From Alphaproteobacteria bacterium (lineage in GTDB: Bacteria > Pseudomonadota > Alphaproteobacteria > UBA828), in the NCBI GenBank assembly GCA_965220745.1, contig CBDCQT010000013.1, forward strand, positions 832,001-896,000: a stretch of 64,000 nucleotides of DNA. The letters are read 5' to 3'. Of the stretch, positions 37,107-46,431 are shown piece by piece (position 1 is the first letter of the stretch; each line of letters starts with the position of its first letter). The translations under genes were made by a program, and so were the position numbers. Below the pieces are notes generated by a model. That model was not told where the DNA came from. It did not search any database and was given only the letters and a program-made list of their open reading frames with translations.

Positions 37107-39359
37107 TCAGAAAGGCTCGGGGTCTGCGAAGCGGCGGAGCACGTTGGTCGTGAGCTTCGCGATGTTGTTGTCGTACCCGTTCCACGGCAGGCTCGCGGGA
37201 TAGCAGATCGAGCCGACCGAGAAGACTGCGCCGCCGTTGGGCGTCTCGTAGAACACCATGTCGGCCTTGACCTTCTCGTGCTCGGTGCCGCCCAGGCCGG
37301 CATGGTTCACCAGCACCTCCTCGTTCACCACGAGGTAGAGGTCGGTGTGGTCCTCCGAGCGCGCGAGGACCAGCGCGTGCGGGGGCGTGCCGAGGCGGGG
37401 ATCGGTGGCGTCGAGCTCGTTGCCGGCCGCGCCCTCGCCGTGATAGCCGAAGTCGCCGAGCAGCTCGTCCTCGCCGATCCCCTCGAAGATGAACTGCGCG
37501 CGGGGGTCGAAGCTCCCCGGCATGCGCCGGTAGTAGGAGGACTTGTCGAAGCCCTCGGCGACGAAGCCGACGCCGGCCAGCCGCTGGGGCGCGAAGTCCC
37601 CCTGATGGCGCCAGATGCCGCCGTATTCGCCTGTGAAGCTGTGGTAGTACTCGCCGGGATCCCCCTCCCAGGTGCGGATCGCAGCCTCGCAGCGGCGCAC
37701 CTCGATCACGCCCGGCAGCTCCTTGTGCATGGCGACGCGCCAGTAGAAGCCGTTGCCGCCGAGATACATCAGCCGGCCGCCCTGCTGGGTGAAGCCGTGG
37801 ACGGCGTCCCGCATGGCCTTGGAGTAGTACTCCGGGTGGCCGCCGGTGATCAGCACGTTGTAGGGCTTGAGCAGGTCGATGCCCTCGCGGTCGACGTCCT
37901 CGTCGGTGATGACGTCGTGCTCCATGCCGAAGTGGGTGAGCCAGTCCACCACGTACATGTCGAGGATGAACTCGCGCGCGTTGGTGGAGTCCTCGCCGGC
38001 GCAGGCCCAGGGCGTCTCCGCCTTGGGCCGCATGTTGAGGATCGGGCGCAGCCGAGACGAATAGCAGACGCCGCTGCCGTCCGAATGGGTGTCGTAGAGC
38101 GAGGAGCCGTATTCGCGATGCTCGTTGAGGAAGAGCTGCTGCGCGTTGAGCGTGGGCAGCTGGCCGGTGAGCAACTCGCCGAGCGGGCCGTCGAAGGCCA
38201 GGTGCTCGTTGGCATAGGCCATGTACTCGACCGTCGGCAGCAGGAAGGCGATGCGCGCCGCTCGCCCCGGCGCCGGCAACACCACGAAGGGCACGTATTC
38301 CTCGGCTCCCTTGGCCCGGAGCCGCGCGGCGTAGACTCCGCTCGCCATGCGCGCCGGCACGGTCCATTCGAAGTCCACCTCCCAGCCGGCGTCGTAGAGA
38401 TCGTCGTCGTGGAAGTGGATGGCGCCGTACTCATGCCGAGCGTGGCGCCAGCACATCTCCTCGCCCGAGAAATTCCACCCGGTCATGCCGCGCGCGGGCA
38501 GGTTGACGATCTCGCCGTGGCAATGGTTGGAGGAGCGGTCGGAAATCCTGATCGACGTGATGTCGCGCGAGAAATCCCAGGCGCAGAGGATGTCGGGCGC
38601 GAGCCCGGCCGGGACCGCCTCGTTCTTCATGCGCTCGATCTCCAGCCGATCCAAGGCGCGGCCGACTAGCCGGGGTGAATCGATCTTGCCGTTGTAGAGG
38701 CCGTCCACCAGCGCGCGGCCCTTCTGGCGCCGCTTGAAGATGCCGGCCATGACGATGGGCGCGCCGTTGCCGGGGGATGCTGCACCGGCCTTGCGCGTCT
38801 TCGTGCCGCCGTCGTCGACGCGGGCGTAGGGCAGGAGCGGCTCCTGATACACCGTGACCCGGCCGGACTCGGCATCGTAGCTGGCGGCGGCGAGGTACCA
38901 GTGGCGCTCCAGCAGCGGCTTGCCGACCGAGACCTTTTCCACCGTGCCGTCCGCCATGCCGAGCTGGAGCGCGACGGAGCCCGCATCGTCGATAACGAGG
39001 GCGAAGCCGGTCTTGCCACGCGGGTCCCACTTGGTGACGAGGCCTTGCTCGCCCTTGCCGGGCGTGGTCGGCCAGATCATGGCCTGAACGGTGAAGCTGC
39101 CGAGCGTCTCCAACAGCAGCCGGCTCTCCACCAGGGCGTAGGAGCCCGCGTGGATGACCTGCCGGCGCCCCTTGTGGCGCTTGCTCACCGGGGTGCGGAT
39201 CGGCTTCTCCTTGAAGCCGGGCCCGGCGGGCGTGTCGTCCGCGCAGATCAGGCGCACGATGTCCGCTTGGTAGGTGGGATGCTCGCAGTTCACATGGAAC
39301 TTGATGGTCTCGCCCGGCCGGACGCTGATCCGGTCGGGATAGCCGGTGATCGTCAGCAT
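37107..39359 (-). CDS. N,N-dimethylformamidase large (beta) subunit family protein
   Basis: GYPDRISVRPGE start, LamG-like region, YGAIHFHDDDL, YMAYANEH, SLYDTHSDGSG, SRLRPI, GHPEYY, YLGGNGFYW and GAVFSVGS motifs. Confidence 0.88.
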   Translation of the reverse strand: MLTITGYPDRISVRPGETIKFHVNCEHPTYQADIVRLICADDTPAGPGFKEKPIRTPVSKRHKGRRQVIHAGSYALVESRLLLETLGSFTVQAMIWPTTPGKGEQGLVTKWDPRGKTGFALVIDDAGSVALQLGMADGTVEKVSVGKPLLERHWYLAAASYDAESGRVTVYQEPLLPYARVDDGGTKTRKAGAASPGNGAPIVMAGIFKRRQKGRALVDGLYNGKIDSPRLVGRALDRLEIERMKNEAVPAGLAPDILCAWDFSRDITSIRISDRSSNHCHGEIVNLPARGMTGWNFSGEEMCWRHARHEYGAIHFHDDDLYDAGWEVDFEWTVPARMASGVYAARLRAKGAEEYVPFVVLPAPGRAARIAFLLPTVEYMAYANEHLAFDGPLGELLTGQLPTLNAQQLFLNEHREYGSSLYDTHSDGSGVCYSSRLRPILNMRPKAETPWACAGEDSTNAREFILDMYVVDWLTHFGMEHDVITDEDVDREGIDLLKPYNVLITGGHPEYYSKAMRDAVHGFTQQGGRLMYLGGNGFYWRVAMHKELPGVIEVRRCEAAIRTWEGDPGEYYHSFTGEYGGIWRHQGDFAPQRLAGVGFVAEGFDKSSYYRRMPGSFDPRAQFIFEGIGEDELLGDFGYHGEGAAGNELDATDPRLGTPPHALVLARSEDHTDLYLVVNEEVLVNHAGLGGTEHEKVKADMVFYETPNGGAVFSVGSICYPASLPWNGYDNNIAKLTTNVLRRFADPEPF

Positions 39360-39536
39360 GCCGCGCCTCCGCGCTGCGCCATCCTCATGCCGCGAGCATA
39401 GTCAGCAGCCCGGCGGCGAACAACTCGACCCGACGCGTTCACGCTGCGGTCCCGGTGCAACCTCGAGCGGGATGTGCAATATGGGCGCGCGGTCGGGGAG
39501 GGCCCTGCCGCCCCGACCGGAGTGAGGGAGCGAACG

Positions 39537-40160
39537 ATGGCGACACTGATTATTCATGGCATACCGCTGAGCACCTATGTCCGCACCTGCCGCATGGCGT
39601 GCAGGGAGAAGGGGGTGCCCTACGAGCTCGATCCCGTCATGCCCCAGTCGCCGGAGCAGCTGGCGATGCAGCCCTGGGGCTCGGTGCCGGCCATGACCCA
39701 CGGCGATGTGCGCATGTACGAATCGGTCGCGATCTGCAACTACATCGACAACGCGTTCGACGGGCCGCCCCTGCAGCCCGCCGACCCGCTCGCCAACGCA
39801 CGCTGCTGGCAGTGGACGTCGGTCTTCATCCAGTATCTCTACCGGCCGGCGATCGACATCGTGCTGCAGCGCCTGATCGTGCCCGCGCAGGGCGGCGAGC
39901 CCGACGAGGCATTGGTCGAGAGCAGCGTGCCCAAGTCCGACAAGGCGCTCGTCGCGCTCGACGGAGCACTGGAAGGCAATGCCTGCTTCGCCGGCGACGA
40001 AGCATCCGTCGCCGACTACATGGTGCTGCCCGTGCTGCACTATCTGAAGATGACGCCGGAGGGAGAAGGCCTGCTTGCGCCCCGCGCCAACATCGCCCGC
40101 TGGCACGCCGCCATCGACGAGCGCGAGAGCGCGGTCGCAACGGTGCCCGAGTTCGGTTGA
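39537..40160 (+). CDS. Glutathione S-transferase family protein
   Basis: STYVR, EKGVPYEL, QPWGSVPAM, YESVAICNYID and FAGDEASVAD motifs. Confidence 0.9.
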   Translation: MATLIIHGIPLSTYVRTCRMACREKGVPYELDPVMPQSPEQLAMQPWGSVPAMTHGDVRMYESVAICNYIDNAFDGPPLQPADPLANARCWQWTSVFIQYLYRPAIDIVLQRLIVPAQGGEPDEALVESSVPKSDKALVALDGALEGNACFAGDEASVADYMVLPVLHYLKMTPEGEGLLAPRANIARWHAAIDERESAVATVPEFG

Positions 40161-40176
40161 TAGAGCGGCGCTTCGA

Positions 40177-40866
40177 TCAGCCTGAGAAGGCGTAGCCCGC
40201 CGAGCGCACGGTCCGGATCACGTCGTCCTCGCCGTCGCGGTTAAGCGCCTGGCGCAGACGGCGAACGTGCACGTCCACGGTGCGTTGCTCAATGTGCACC
40301 GCGCGCCCCCACACCGCCTCGAGCAGATGGTCGCGGGAGAGCACCCGGCCGGGATGCTCCATGAAGTGACGCAGCAGGCGGTATTCGGTCGGCCCCAGGT
40401 GAATCGAGCGTCCGTTGCGGCTGACGCGGTGGCTGGCAAGGTCCATCGCGATGTCGCCGCTGGCGAGTGATTGGGCCGCGCTCGTCGGCGCAGCCCGGCG
40501 CAGCACCGCGCCAATGCGTGCAATGAGTTCCGAAATTGCGAACGGCTTGACCACGTAGTCGTCGGCACCGCAGTCGAGGCCGCGGACGCGGTCGCTTTCC
40601 TCGCCGCGTGCGGTGAGCAGGATGACCGGCAGGCTGTGAGTCTCCGGATCGCGCCGGATCTTGCGACAAATCTCGATTCCGGAGACGCCGGGCAGCATCC
40701 AGTCGAGCAGTACCAGATCGGGCTTTATCGAAGCGATCGTGCCTATCGCGTCGCCGCCGTTCTCGATCGAAGCGACGCGGAACCGGTGATTCTCAAGATT
40801 GTAACGGAGCAGGGTCGTCAGCGAGGTTTCGTCTTCGATCACGAGGATGAGCGGGCTATCCGTCAT
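40177..40866 (-). CDS. phoB: Phosphate regulon response regulator PhoB
   Basis: LLRYNLE, LLDWMLP, LTARGEESDRVRGL, GPTEYRLL, RTVDVHVRRLR and RTVRSAGY motifs; next to pstS. Confidence 0.9.
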   Translation of the reverse strand: MTDSPLILVIEDETSLTTLLRYNLENHRFRVASIENGGDAIGTIASIKPDLVLLDWMLPGVSGIEICRKIRRDPETHSLPVILLTARGEESDRVRGLDCGADDYVVKPFAISELIARIGAVLRRAAPTSAAQSLASGDIAMDLASHRVSRNGRSIHLGPTEYRLLRHFMEHPGRVLSRDHLLEAVWGRAVHIEQRTVDVHVRRLRQALNRDGEDDVIRTVRSAGYAFSG

Positions 40867-40922
40867 CGCGCATGCTCCTGTCGCTCTCCCTGCGGTTGGC
40901 TATTGTCTTGCGGCGCTGTTTG

Positions 40923-40958
40923 AAAACGGCGCCCGCTCCCGGTGAGGAACGGGCGCCG
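40923..40958 (-). terminator. Intrinsic terminator after pstS
   Basis: Minus strand reads CGGCGCCCGTTCCTCACCGGGAGCGGGCGCCG followed by TTTT. Confidence 0.6.
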
Positions 40959-40994
40959 CCGTAGCATGATTTCAGGGTCTTGTGGTGAGCCCTG

Positions 40995-42041
40995 TTACAT
41001 GGAGAGCTGAGCAAAGGTGGTGGCCTGGGTGCGCATCGCCTCGCGATCCGCATCGGGGAGCGGGATCAGCCCCTTGTCCGCGAGGTAGCCGTAGGGACCC
41101 CAGGCGTCCTCGTCAGTAAACGTCGCGACGTACTCGTCGATTCCGGGGATCACGCCCACATGCGCCTTCTTCACGTAGAAGTACATGGAGCGGGAGACCG
41201 GATAGTCGCCGTCGGCGATGGTGTCGAAGTCGGGCTCGACGCCGTCGATGATGCTGCCGCGAACCTTGTCGCGGTTCTGGTCGAGGAAGCTGTAGCCGAA
41301 GATCCCGAGCGCCGAGGGATTGGCTTCGAGCTTCTGAACGATGAGGTTGTCGTTCTCGCCCGCCTCGACGAAGGCGCCATCCTCACGAATTGAGTGGCAG
41401 ATGACCTTGTAGGCGCTCTTGTCCTCTTTCTTGAGCGCTTTGATGTCGGGGAAGGTCTTGCAGCCGCCTTCCATGGCGAGCTCGACGAACGCGTCCCGCG
41501 TGCCGGAGGTCGGCGGCGGGCCGAGCACCTCGATCTTCGCGGCCGGCAGGGAGGCGTCGATGTCGCTCCAGGTCAGGTTGGGATTGGGCACCATCCCACC
41601 GTCGGAGGGAACGTCCTTGGCCAGAGCAAGGAAGAGCTGCTGCAGGGTGATCGAGAACCGCTCCGCCGACTTCGAGTTGGCGAGCACGATGCCGTCGTAG
41701 CCGATCTTGACCTCGGTGATGTCGGTCACGCCGTTCGAGGCGCAGCGCTCGACCTCCGAGGTCTTGATCCGGCGCGAGGCGTTGGTGATGTCGGGGTGAG
41801 CGACGCCGACGCCGGCGCAGAAGAGCTTGAGCCCGCCGCCCGAGCCGGTGCTCTCGACCACCGGGGTCTTGTTCCCCGTGGTCTTGCCGAACTCTTCGGC
41901 GACGGCGGTGGCGAAGGGGAATACGGTCGAAGAGCCTACGATCCTGATCTGGTCGCGGGCCTCCGCGGCGTTGGTCAGCGCCACTGACGCGGTCAGCGCA
42001 AGAGCTGCCGCCGCGGCGATGGCGAGGGGTGTCTTGGTCAC
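40995..42041 (-). CDS. pstS: Phosphate ABC transporter substrate-binding protein (alphaproteobacterial PstS type)
   Basis: Signal peptide, then RDQIRIVGSSTVFPF, ESTGSGGG, NASR, GYDG, GPPPTSGTRDAF, GENDNLIVQK and YPVSR motifs. Confidence 0.92.
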   Translation of the reverse strand: MTKTPLAIAAAAALALTASVALTNAAEARDQIRIVGSSTVFPFATAVAEEFGKTTGNKTPVVESTGSGGGLKLFCAGVGVAHPDITNASRRIKTSEVERCASNGVTDITEVKIGYDGIVLANSKSAERFSITLQQLFLALAKDVPSDGGMVPNPNLTWSDIDASLPAAKIEVLGPPPTSGTRDAFVELAMEGGCKTFPDIKALKKEDKSAYKVICHSIREDGAFVEAGENDNLIVQKLEANPSALGIFGYSFLDQNRDKVRGSIIDGVEPDFDTIADGDYPVSRSMYFYVKKAHVGVIPGIDEYVATFTDEDAWGPYGYLADKGLIPLPDADREAMRTQATTFAQLSM

Positions 42042-42133
42042 GGCGCTTCCTCCGGGTTCGCTCTCATCCCGACGGTCGTGACCGCGCGCCGGCGCGGCCG
42101 CCCGGGATGGCAGGCAAACGCTAACGCCGGGCG

Positions 42134-42173
42134 AAGATGGAAATAATACGGATATGTGACGGTTCGTTGACTC
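42134..42173 (-). promoter_or_regulatory. Candidate Pho box upstream of pstS
   Basis: Minus strand reads GAGTCAAcgaa CCGTCACatat CCGTATTattt CCATCTT: heptamers with 11-bp period resembling CTGTCAT, followed by a possible -10 TAGCGT (42118-42123). Confidence 0.6.
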
Positions 42174-42194
42174 TATGCCCCGCGCCGGGACGCC

Positions 42195-42476
42195 CTACTT
42201 CACCTCGACTTCGACGAAGACCACGTCGTCGGTGTCGCTCGGGTTGATGACGTCGTGCTCGACCCCTTCATCCCGGTAATAGGGCGAGCCGTGGACGATT
42301 TGGACTGTGCGCTCGCCGTCGGGCTCCACGAGGTGGAGGTGTCCGGTCGTTACCGGCACCACCACGTAGTCGTATTCGTGCCGGTGCCAACCCGTCGCCT
42401 CGCCGGGCTTGAATCGCCACTCGGTGACGCGCACGCGGTCGTTGTCGATTAGCACGGTCGGCGTTGCCGCGCCCAT
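42195..42476 (-). CDS. Small cupin domain protein
   Basis: DNDRVRVTEWRF, TGWHRHEYDYVVVP and GVEHDVIN motifs. Confidence 0.88.
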   Translation of the reverse strand: MGAATPTVLIDNDRVRVTEWRFKPGEATGWHRHEYDYVVVPVTTGHLHLVEPDGERTVQIVHGSPYYRDEGVEHDVINPSDTDDVVFVEVEVK

Positions 42477-42570
42477 AGCCACCTCCACTGCAAGGAATAA
42501 CCGCGGCGAAGCGTTGCAGGTTGGCGGGCCCTGCGCAAGCCCGCGGGCGGAACGCGCTGTCTCGCGACGA

Positions 42571-43077
42571 TCACTCCCTGTGCCAGGAGCAATCCGTGGT
42601 CGTGACGACCTGATCGTTGGCCAGGTAGCTGGTCTCGTAGGCACAGCTTCCTGCCATCCCGGCATAGACACCGGTGCCGCCTGCCAGCTCCAACTGACCC
42701 TGCCCGCCGCCGCCGGCGTCCACGTCGCCCGCGCGCCTCTCGGCTGTGAGATAGAGCGTGTCGCCGGAGGGGTTGGTGGACGTGCACGCGGTCTGAAGAT
42801 CGAGCCCGGCGGCCGAGCGTTTGCCGAAGATCACGCACGTCGACAGGCTGTGCCCGCCTTCGACGAACGGCTCGCCGCTGCTTGCGAGGGTGGTGATGGT
42901 GCCCTCCAGCTTGCCGCCGAAATACGCGCCGTCAGCGTGCTCTATGGATGTGAAATCGCGAACATAGGTTGCGATGGCGCTGAAGCTGCCGCTCTCCTGC
43001 GCGAACGCGCTCGGGGCCGCGCATAGAACGCCTATCGTGGCCGCTGCCGCCACGGCAAGTCCTCTGCTGGCTCTCAT
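42571..43077 (-). CDS. Hypothetical secreted beta-rich protein
   Basis: Signal peptide ending SAFA, GGTGVYAG motif, 4 Cys in the mature part, GGAGGG RBS. Confidence 0.7.
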   Translation of the reverse strand: MRASRGLAVAAAATIGVLCAAPSAFAQESGSFSAIATYVRDFTSIEHADGAYFGGKLEGTITTLASSGEPFVEGGHSLSTCVIFGKRSAAGLDLQTACTSTNPSGDTLYLTAERRAGDVDAGGGGQGQLELAGGTGVYAGMAGSCAYETSYLANDQVVTTTDCSWHRE

Positions 43078-43177
43078 GTTGCCCTCCCAGTCTGGCAATT
43101 GCCCTGCCTCGGGATGGTAGGGGGAACAAATCGGCGACGGCAACAGGCGCGCTGGCTTCTCGCGTTGCAGCGCAGCT

Positions 43178-44281
43178 TCAGGCGTCGTCCTGTTCGGTCT
43201 GCACCAGCGATGCCGGGTCCACTGCGACGCTCTTGACCAGCGCGTACACCTCCGAGCCGGGGGCGAGGCCCAGGGTGTCGGCCGAGCGGGCGGTGATCCG
43301 CGCCGTTAGCCGGGCGCCAATGTCGACTGCCACATCGACAGAGGCGCCGCGGCGCGGTCCGATCTCGACGACCCGGCCGCGAAAGACGTTGAGGACGCTG
43401 GTCTCACGCGGCTCGGCCGTCGCGAGCGACACGTCCCGCGCCCGCACGCGGACCCTGAGCCGCCGTCCCGGCGCAAGCCTGAGGCGCGGCACGCGCAGGG
43501 TGCCGCCAGGCACCGCGAGCTCGGTGAGCCCGTAGGCCGCATCGTGGCGCTGCACTGTCGCCTCCAGCACCGCGCCGGCCGCCTCGATGCCGGCGAGGGG
43601 ATCGAGATCGAGCCTGGCCATGACTTCCGCGGCAGGGCCCGCCGCCGCGACTCTGCCGCCGGCCATGACCACGATCGTGCCCGCGAGCCGCGCCACCTCG
43701 TCCACGGCGTGGCTGACGAAGACGATGGGCACGCCGATCTCGTCCCGCAGCCGCTCGATGTAGTCGATGACTTGCGCCTTGCGGGGTACGTCGAGCGCGG
43801 CCAGCGGCTCGTCCATCAGGAGGAGCTCCGGCTGGGCCATGAGCGCGCGCCCGAGCGCAACCCGCTGACGCTCGCCGCCCGAGAGGGTGCCGGGCCGGCG
43901 CTGCAGCAGTGCCTCCAGGCCGAGCAGCGTCACGATTCTCTCGAGTGTCGCATAACGCCCGTCGCGCGGCGCGAAGCGGTACCCGTAGAGCAGGTTGCGG
44001 CGCACGCTGAGGTGGGGGAAGAGGCGGCCGTCCTGAAACACGTAGCCGATCCGGCGGCGCTCCGGCTTGAGGTTTATCCCGGCCTCCGCATCAAAGAGCA
44101 CGCGGTCTCCGAGCGCGATCCGCCCCGCCTCGGGCCGCACGAGGCCCGCGATGGCATCGGCCAGCGTGGTCTTGCCGGCGCCCGAGGCGCCGAACAGTGC
44201 GACCACGCCGTCGGCCTCGGCGCCGAAGGACGCATCGAGCGTGAACTCGCCCCGCGTGAGTCGCGCCTGGACCGCCAGCAT
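43178..44281 (-). CDS. modC: Molybdate ABC transporter ATP-binding protein
   Basis: FGASGAGKTT, GYVFQDGRLFPH, LSGGERQRV and MDEPLAALD motifs; C-terminal TOBE (SVLNVF, YALVKSV). Confidence 0.95.
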   Translation of the reverse strand: MLAVQARLTRGEFTLDASFGAEADGVVALFGASGAGKTTLADAIAGLVRPEAGRIALGDRVLFDAEAGINLKPERRRIGYVFQDGRLFPHLSVRRNLLYGYRFAPRDGRYATLERIVTLLGLEALLQRRPGTLSGGERQRVALGRALMAQPELLLMDEPLAALDVPRKAQVIDYIERLRDEIGVPIVFVSHAVDEVARLAGTIVVMAGGRVAAAGPAAEVMARLDLDPLAGIEAAGAVLEATVQRHDAAYGLTELAVPGGTLRVPRLRLAPGRRLRVRVRARDVSLATAEPRETSVLNVFRGRVVEIGPRRGASVDVAVDIGARLTARITARSADTLGLAPGSEVYALVKSVAVDPASLVQTEQDDA

Positions 44282-44970
44282 CACCCCTCCAACCGGCGCT
44301 TGACGATGCGCGCCAAGAATTCGGAGCCGATCAGCGCGGCGAAGGCGATGACGATGGCGATCACCATCAGGCGGAAGGCGCCGTCAAGGCCGCCCGGCAC
44401 TTGCGTGTAGGTGTAAAGCGCAAGGGGCAGAGTCCGGGTCTCTCCGGGAATGTTGGAGACGAAGGTGATGGTCGCGCCGAACTCGCCGAGGCAGCGGGCG
44501 AAGGCGAGGATGACGCCGGTGAGCACGCCGGGCGCGATGAGCGGCAGGCTGATGGTCACGAAGACCCAGATGGGCGGGGCGCCGAGCGTTCGTGCGGCGG
44601 TCTCCAGCCGGCGATCCATGCCCTCGATGGAGAGGCGGATCGCGCGCACCATGAGCGGGAAGGAGACCACGGCCGAGGCCACTGCCGCGCCCTGCCAGGT
44701 GAAGGCGAGGGTGATGCCGAACCAGTCGTCGAGCCAGGCGCCGAGCGGACCCTGCCTGCCGAGCAGCAGCAGCAGCACGAAGCCCACCACCACCGGCGGC
44801 AGCACCAGTGGCAGGTGGACCAGTCCGTTGAGGATCTCCCGGCCGGGGAAGCGATAGCGCGCCAGCAGCCAGGCGACGGCGATGCCGAGCGGCAGGCTGA
44901 TCAGAACCGCCCAGCCCGCCACCCGCAGGCTGAGCTTGATCGCCTCGACCTCAAGCGGAGTCAGCGCCAC
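44281..44970 (-). CDS. modB: Molybdate ABC transporter permease
   Basis: HLPLVLPPVVVG, FPLMVRAIR and FARCLGEFGATITFVSNIPGETRT motifs. Confidence 0.95.
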   Translation of the reverse strand: MALTPLEVEAIKLSLRVAGWAVLISLPLGIAVAWLLARYRFPGREILNGLVHLPLVLPPVVVGFVLLLLLGRQGPLGAWLDDWFGITLAFTWQGAAVASAVVSFPLMVRAIRLSIEGMDRRLETAARTLGAPPIWVFVTISLPLIAPGVLTGVILAFARCLGEFGATITFVSNIPGETRTLPLALYTYTQVPGGLDGAFRLMVIAIVIAFAALIGSEFLARIVKRRLEG

Positions 44971-44974
44971 TGTC

Positions 44975-45778
44975 TCACTCGACGAGGAAGCCGGCGCGGG
45001 CGAAGGCCGCCCGGCCCGCGGGCCCGGTGAGGAATTCGAAGAAGCGCACCGCGAGCGGCTCGGTGCGGCCCGCGACGAGTGCCACCGGGTATACGATGGG
45101 CTCATGCAGCGTCGCCGGGATCGAACCCACCACATGCACTCCTTCGACGAGGGCGGCATCGGTGGCGTAGACGATGCCGAGCGGCGCCTCGCCCCTGGCC
45201 ACCAGCGCGAGCGCAGCCCGCACGTCGGCTGCCGGCGCGAGGTGGCCCTGCACGTCGTGCCAAAGGCCGAGCGCTTCCAGCGCTTGGCGCGCGTATATGC
45301 CGGCCGGCACATGGTCGGGGTTGCCGATGGCGAGCCGCCCGCCGTTCAGCAACGCAAGAAGATCGAACGCCGCGGACGATTTGAAGGGCGTCATGTCGCT
45401 GAGACCGGTGACGAACACCAGCCGATTGCCGGCGAGCACCTGCCGGCTGCCGGGCTCGATCAGGCCCTGCGCCTCTACATGGTCCATCCAGGCCGCATTG
45501 GCGGCGAGGAAGATATCGGCGGGCGCGCCGCTCTCGATCTGGCGCGCGAGCGCCGAGGTGCCGGCGTAGGAGGCCACGACACTATTGTCGGGACCCGCCT
45601 CGAACTGCCCGATGACCTCGTCGATCACGTGTGCGGTACTGGCGGCCGCGAGCACGACCATCCGCTCGGCTGCTGCCGGCCCTGCCCAGCAACAGGCGGA
45701 GAGCGCGGCGAGCACTAGCCATGCCGCCCGGAGCGTCGCCGACCGGCGCGGCCGCCGGTCGCCTCTTCCATGCCACAC
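44975..45778 (-). CDS. modA: Molybdate ABC transporter substrate-binding protein
   Basis: AAAS, LARQIESGAPADIF, GNRLV, PDHVPAGIYA, DVRAAL, GIVYATDA and PIVYP motifs; start uncertain. Confidence 0.93.
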   Translation of the reverse strand: MWHGRGDRRPRRSATLRAAWLVLAALSACCWAGPAAAERMVVLAAASTAHVIDEVIGQFEAGPDNSVVASYAGTSALARQIESGAPADIFLAANAAWMDHVEAQGLIEPGSRQVLAGNRLVFVTGLSDMTPFKSSAAFDLLALLNGGRLAIGNPDHVPAGIYARQALEALGLWHDVQGHLAPAADVRAALALVARGEAPLGIVYATDAALVEGVHVVGSIPATLHEPIVYPVALVAGRTEPLAVRFFEFLTGPAGRAAFARAGFLVE

Positions 45779-46101
45779 GTCGCGCGTCGCGGCCCCCGCG
45801 GGGCTCGCGCCTCTTCCTCAACTTGCGTGCATGAGGCTGGTTCCGACTGGAGCGAGCGCTCCCGCACCTCCACGGCGCCTCGGCCGTCGCCGACAGGGAC
45901 CGACCGTTCCGTCGTTCGGGCGGTCACTCAGCCTGCTAAGGCCGCATCGGCGCGGCGACTGTAGCGTTCGGCCTGGACCCGCGCAACGCCGGCACGTCGC
46001 TCGCTTGTCAACCGATCGCAGAATTCAGACACTCCATCAACCCGGCGCCGGAACATGCGATTGGGCCGCGACACAACGCCAGGCCGAAAGCTACGCGAAA
46101 G

Positions 46102-46416
46102 ATGGAGAGGATCTTGCTTTGCCGTGTCGACGAGGTCTACGCGGGCGAGATTCTGCGGGTCGAGACCGACGGCTTGCCGCCGGTCGCGGTTTACAACCTG
46201 GAAGGCGCCTTCTACGCCACCGACGACACGTGTTCCCATAGCCAAGCCTGGCTCTCGCAAGGCTTCATAGACGGCGACATCATCGAATGCCCGCTCCACG
46301 GCGGCTGCTTCGAGATCAAGACCGGCCAGCCGGTGGAGCCGCCCTGCACCGAGCCCATTCGGAGCTATGACCTCGTCGTCGAGGACGGCGCGATCTACGC
46401 GCTCGTCGAACCCTGA
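46102..46416 (+). CDS. Rieske-type [2Fe-2S] ferredoxin
   Basis: DDTCSH...IECPLHGG (CxH/CxxH), 104 aa, acidic. Confidence 0.92.
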   Translation: MERILLCRVDEVYAGEILRVETDGLPPVAVYNLEGAFYATDDTCSHSQAWLSQGFIDGDIIECPLHGGCFEIKTGQPVEPPCTEPIRSYDLVVEDGAIYALVEP

Positions 46417-46431
46417 GCCGGAGGCGATGCC

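Noticed and set aside
36553-38367. 604-aa ORF; likewise 51415..52737, 53678..55483, 24840..25712 and 44281..45312 as long fusions
   Set aside because: Their N-terminal parts are off-frame overlaps with the upstream genes. Only the C-terminal parts carry family motifs.
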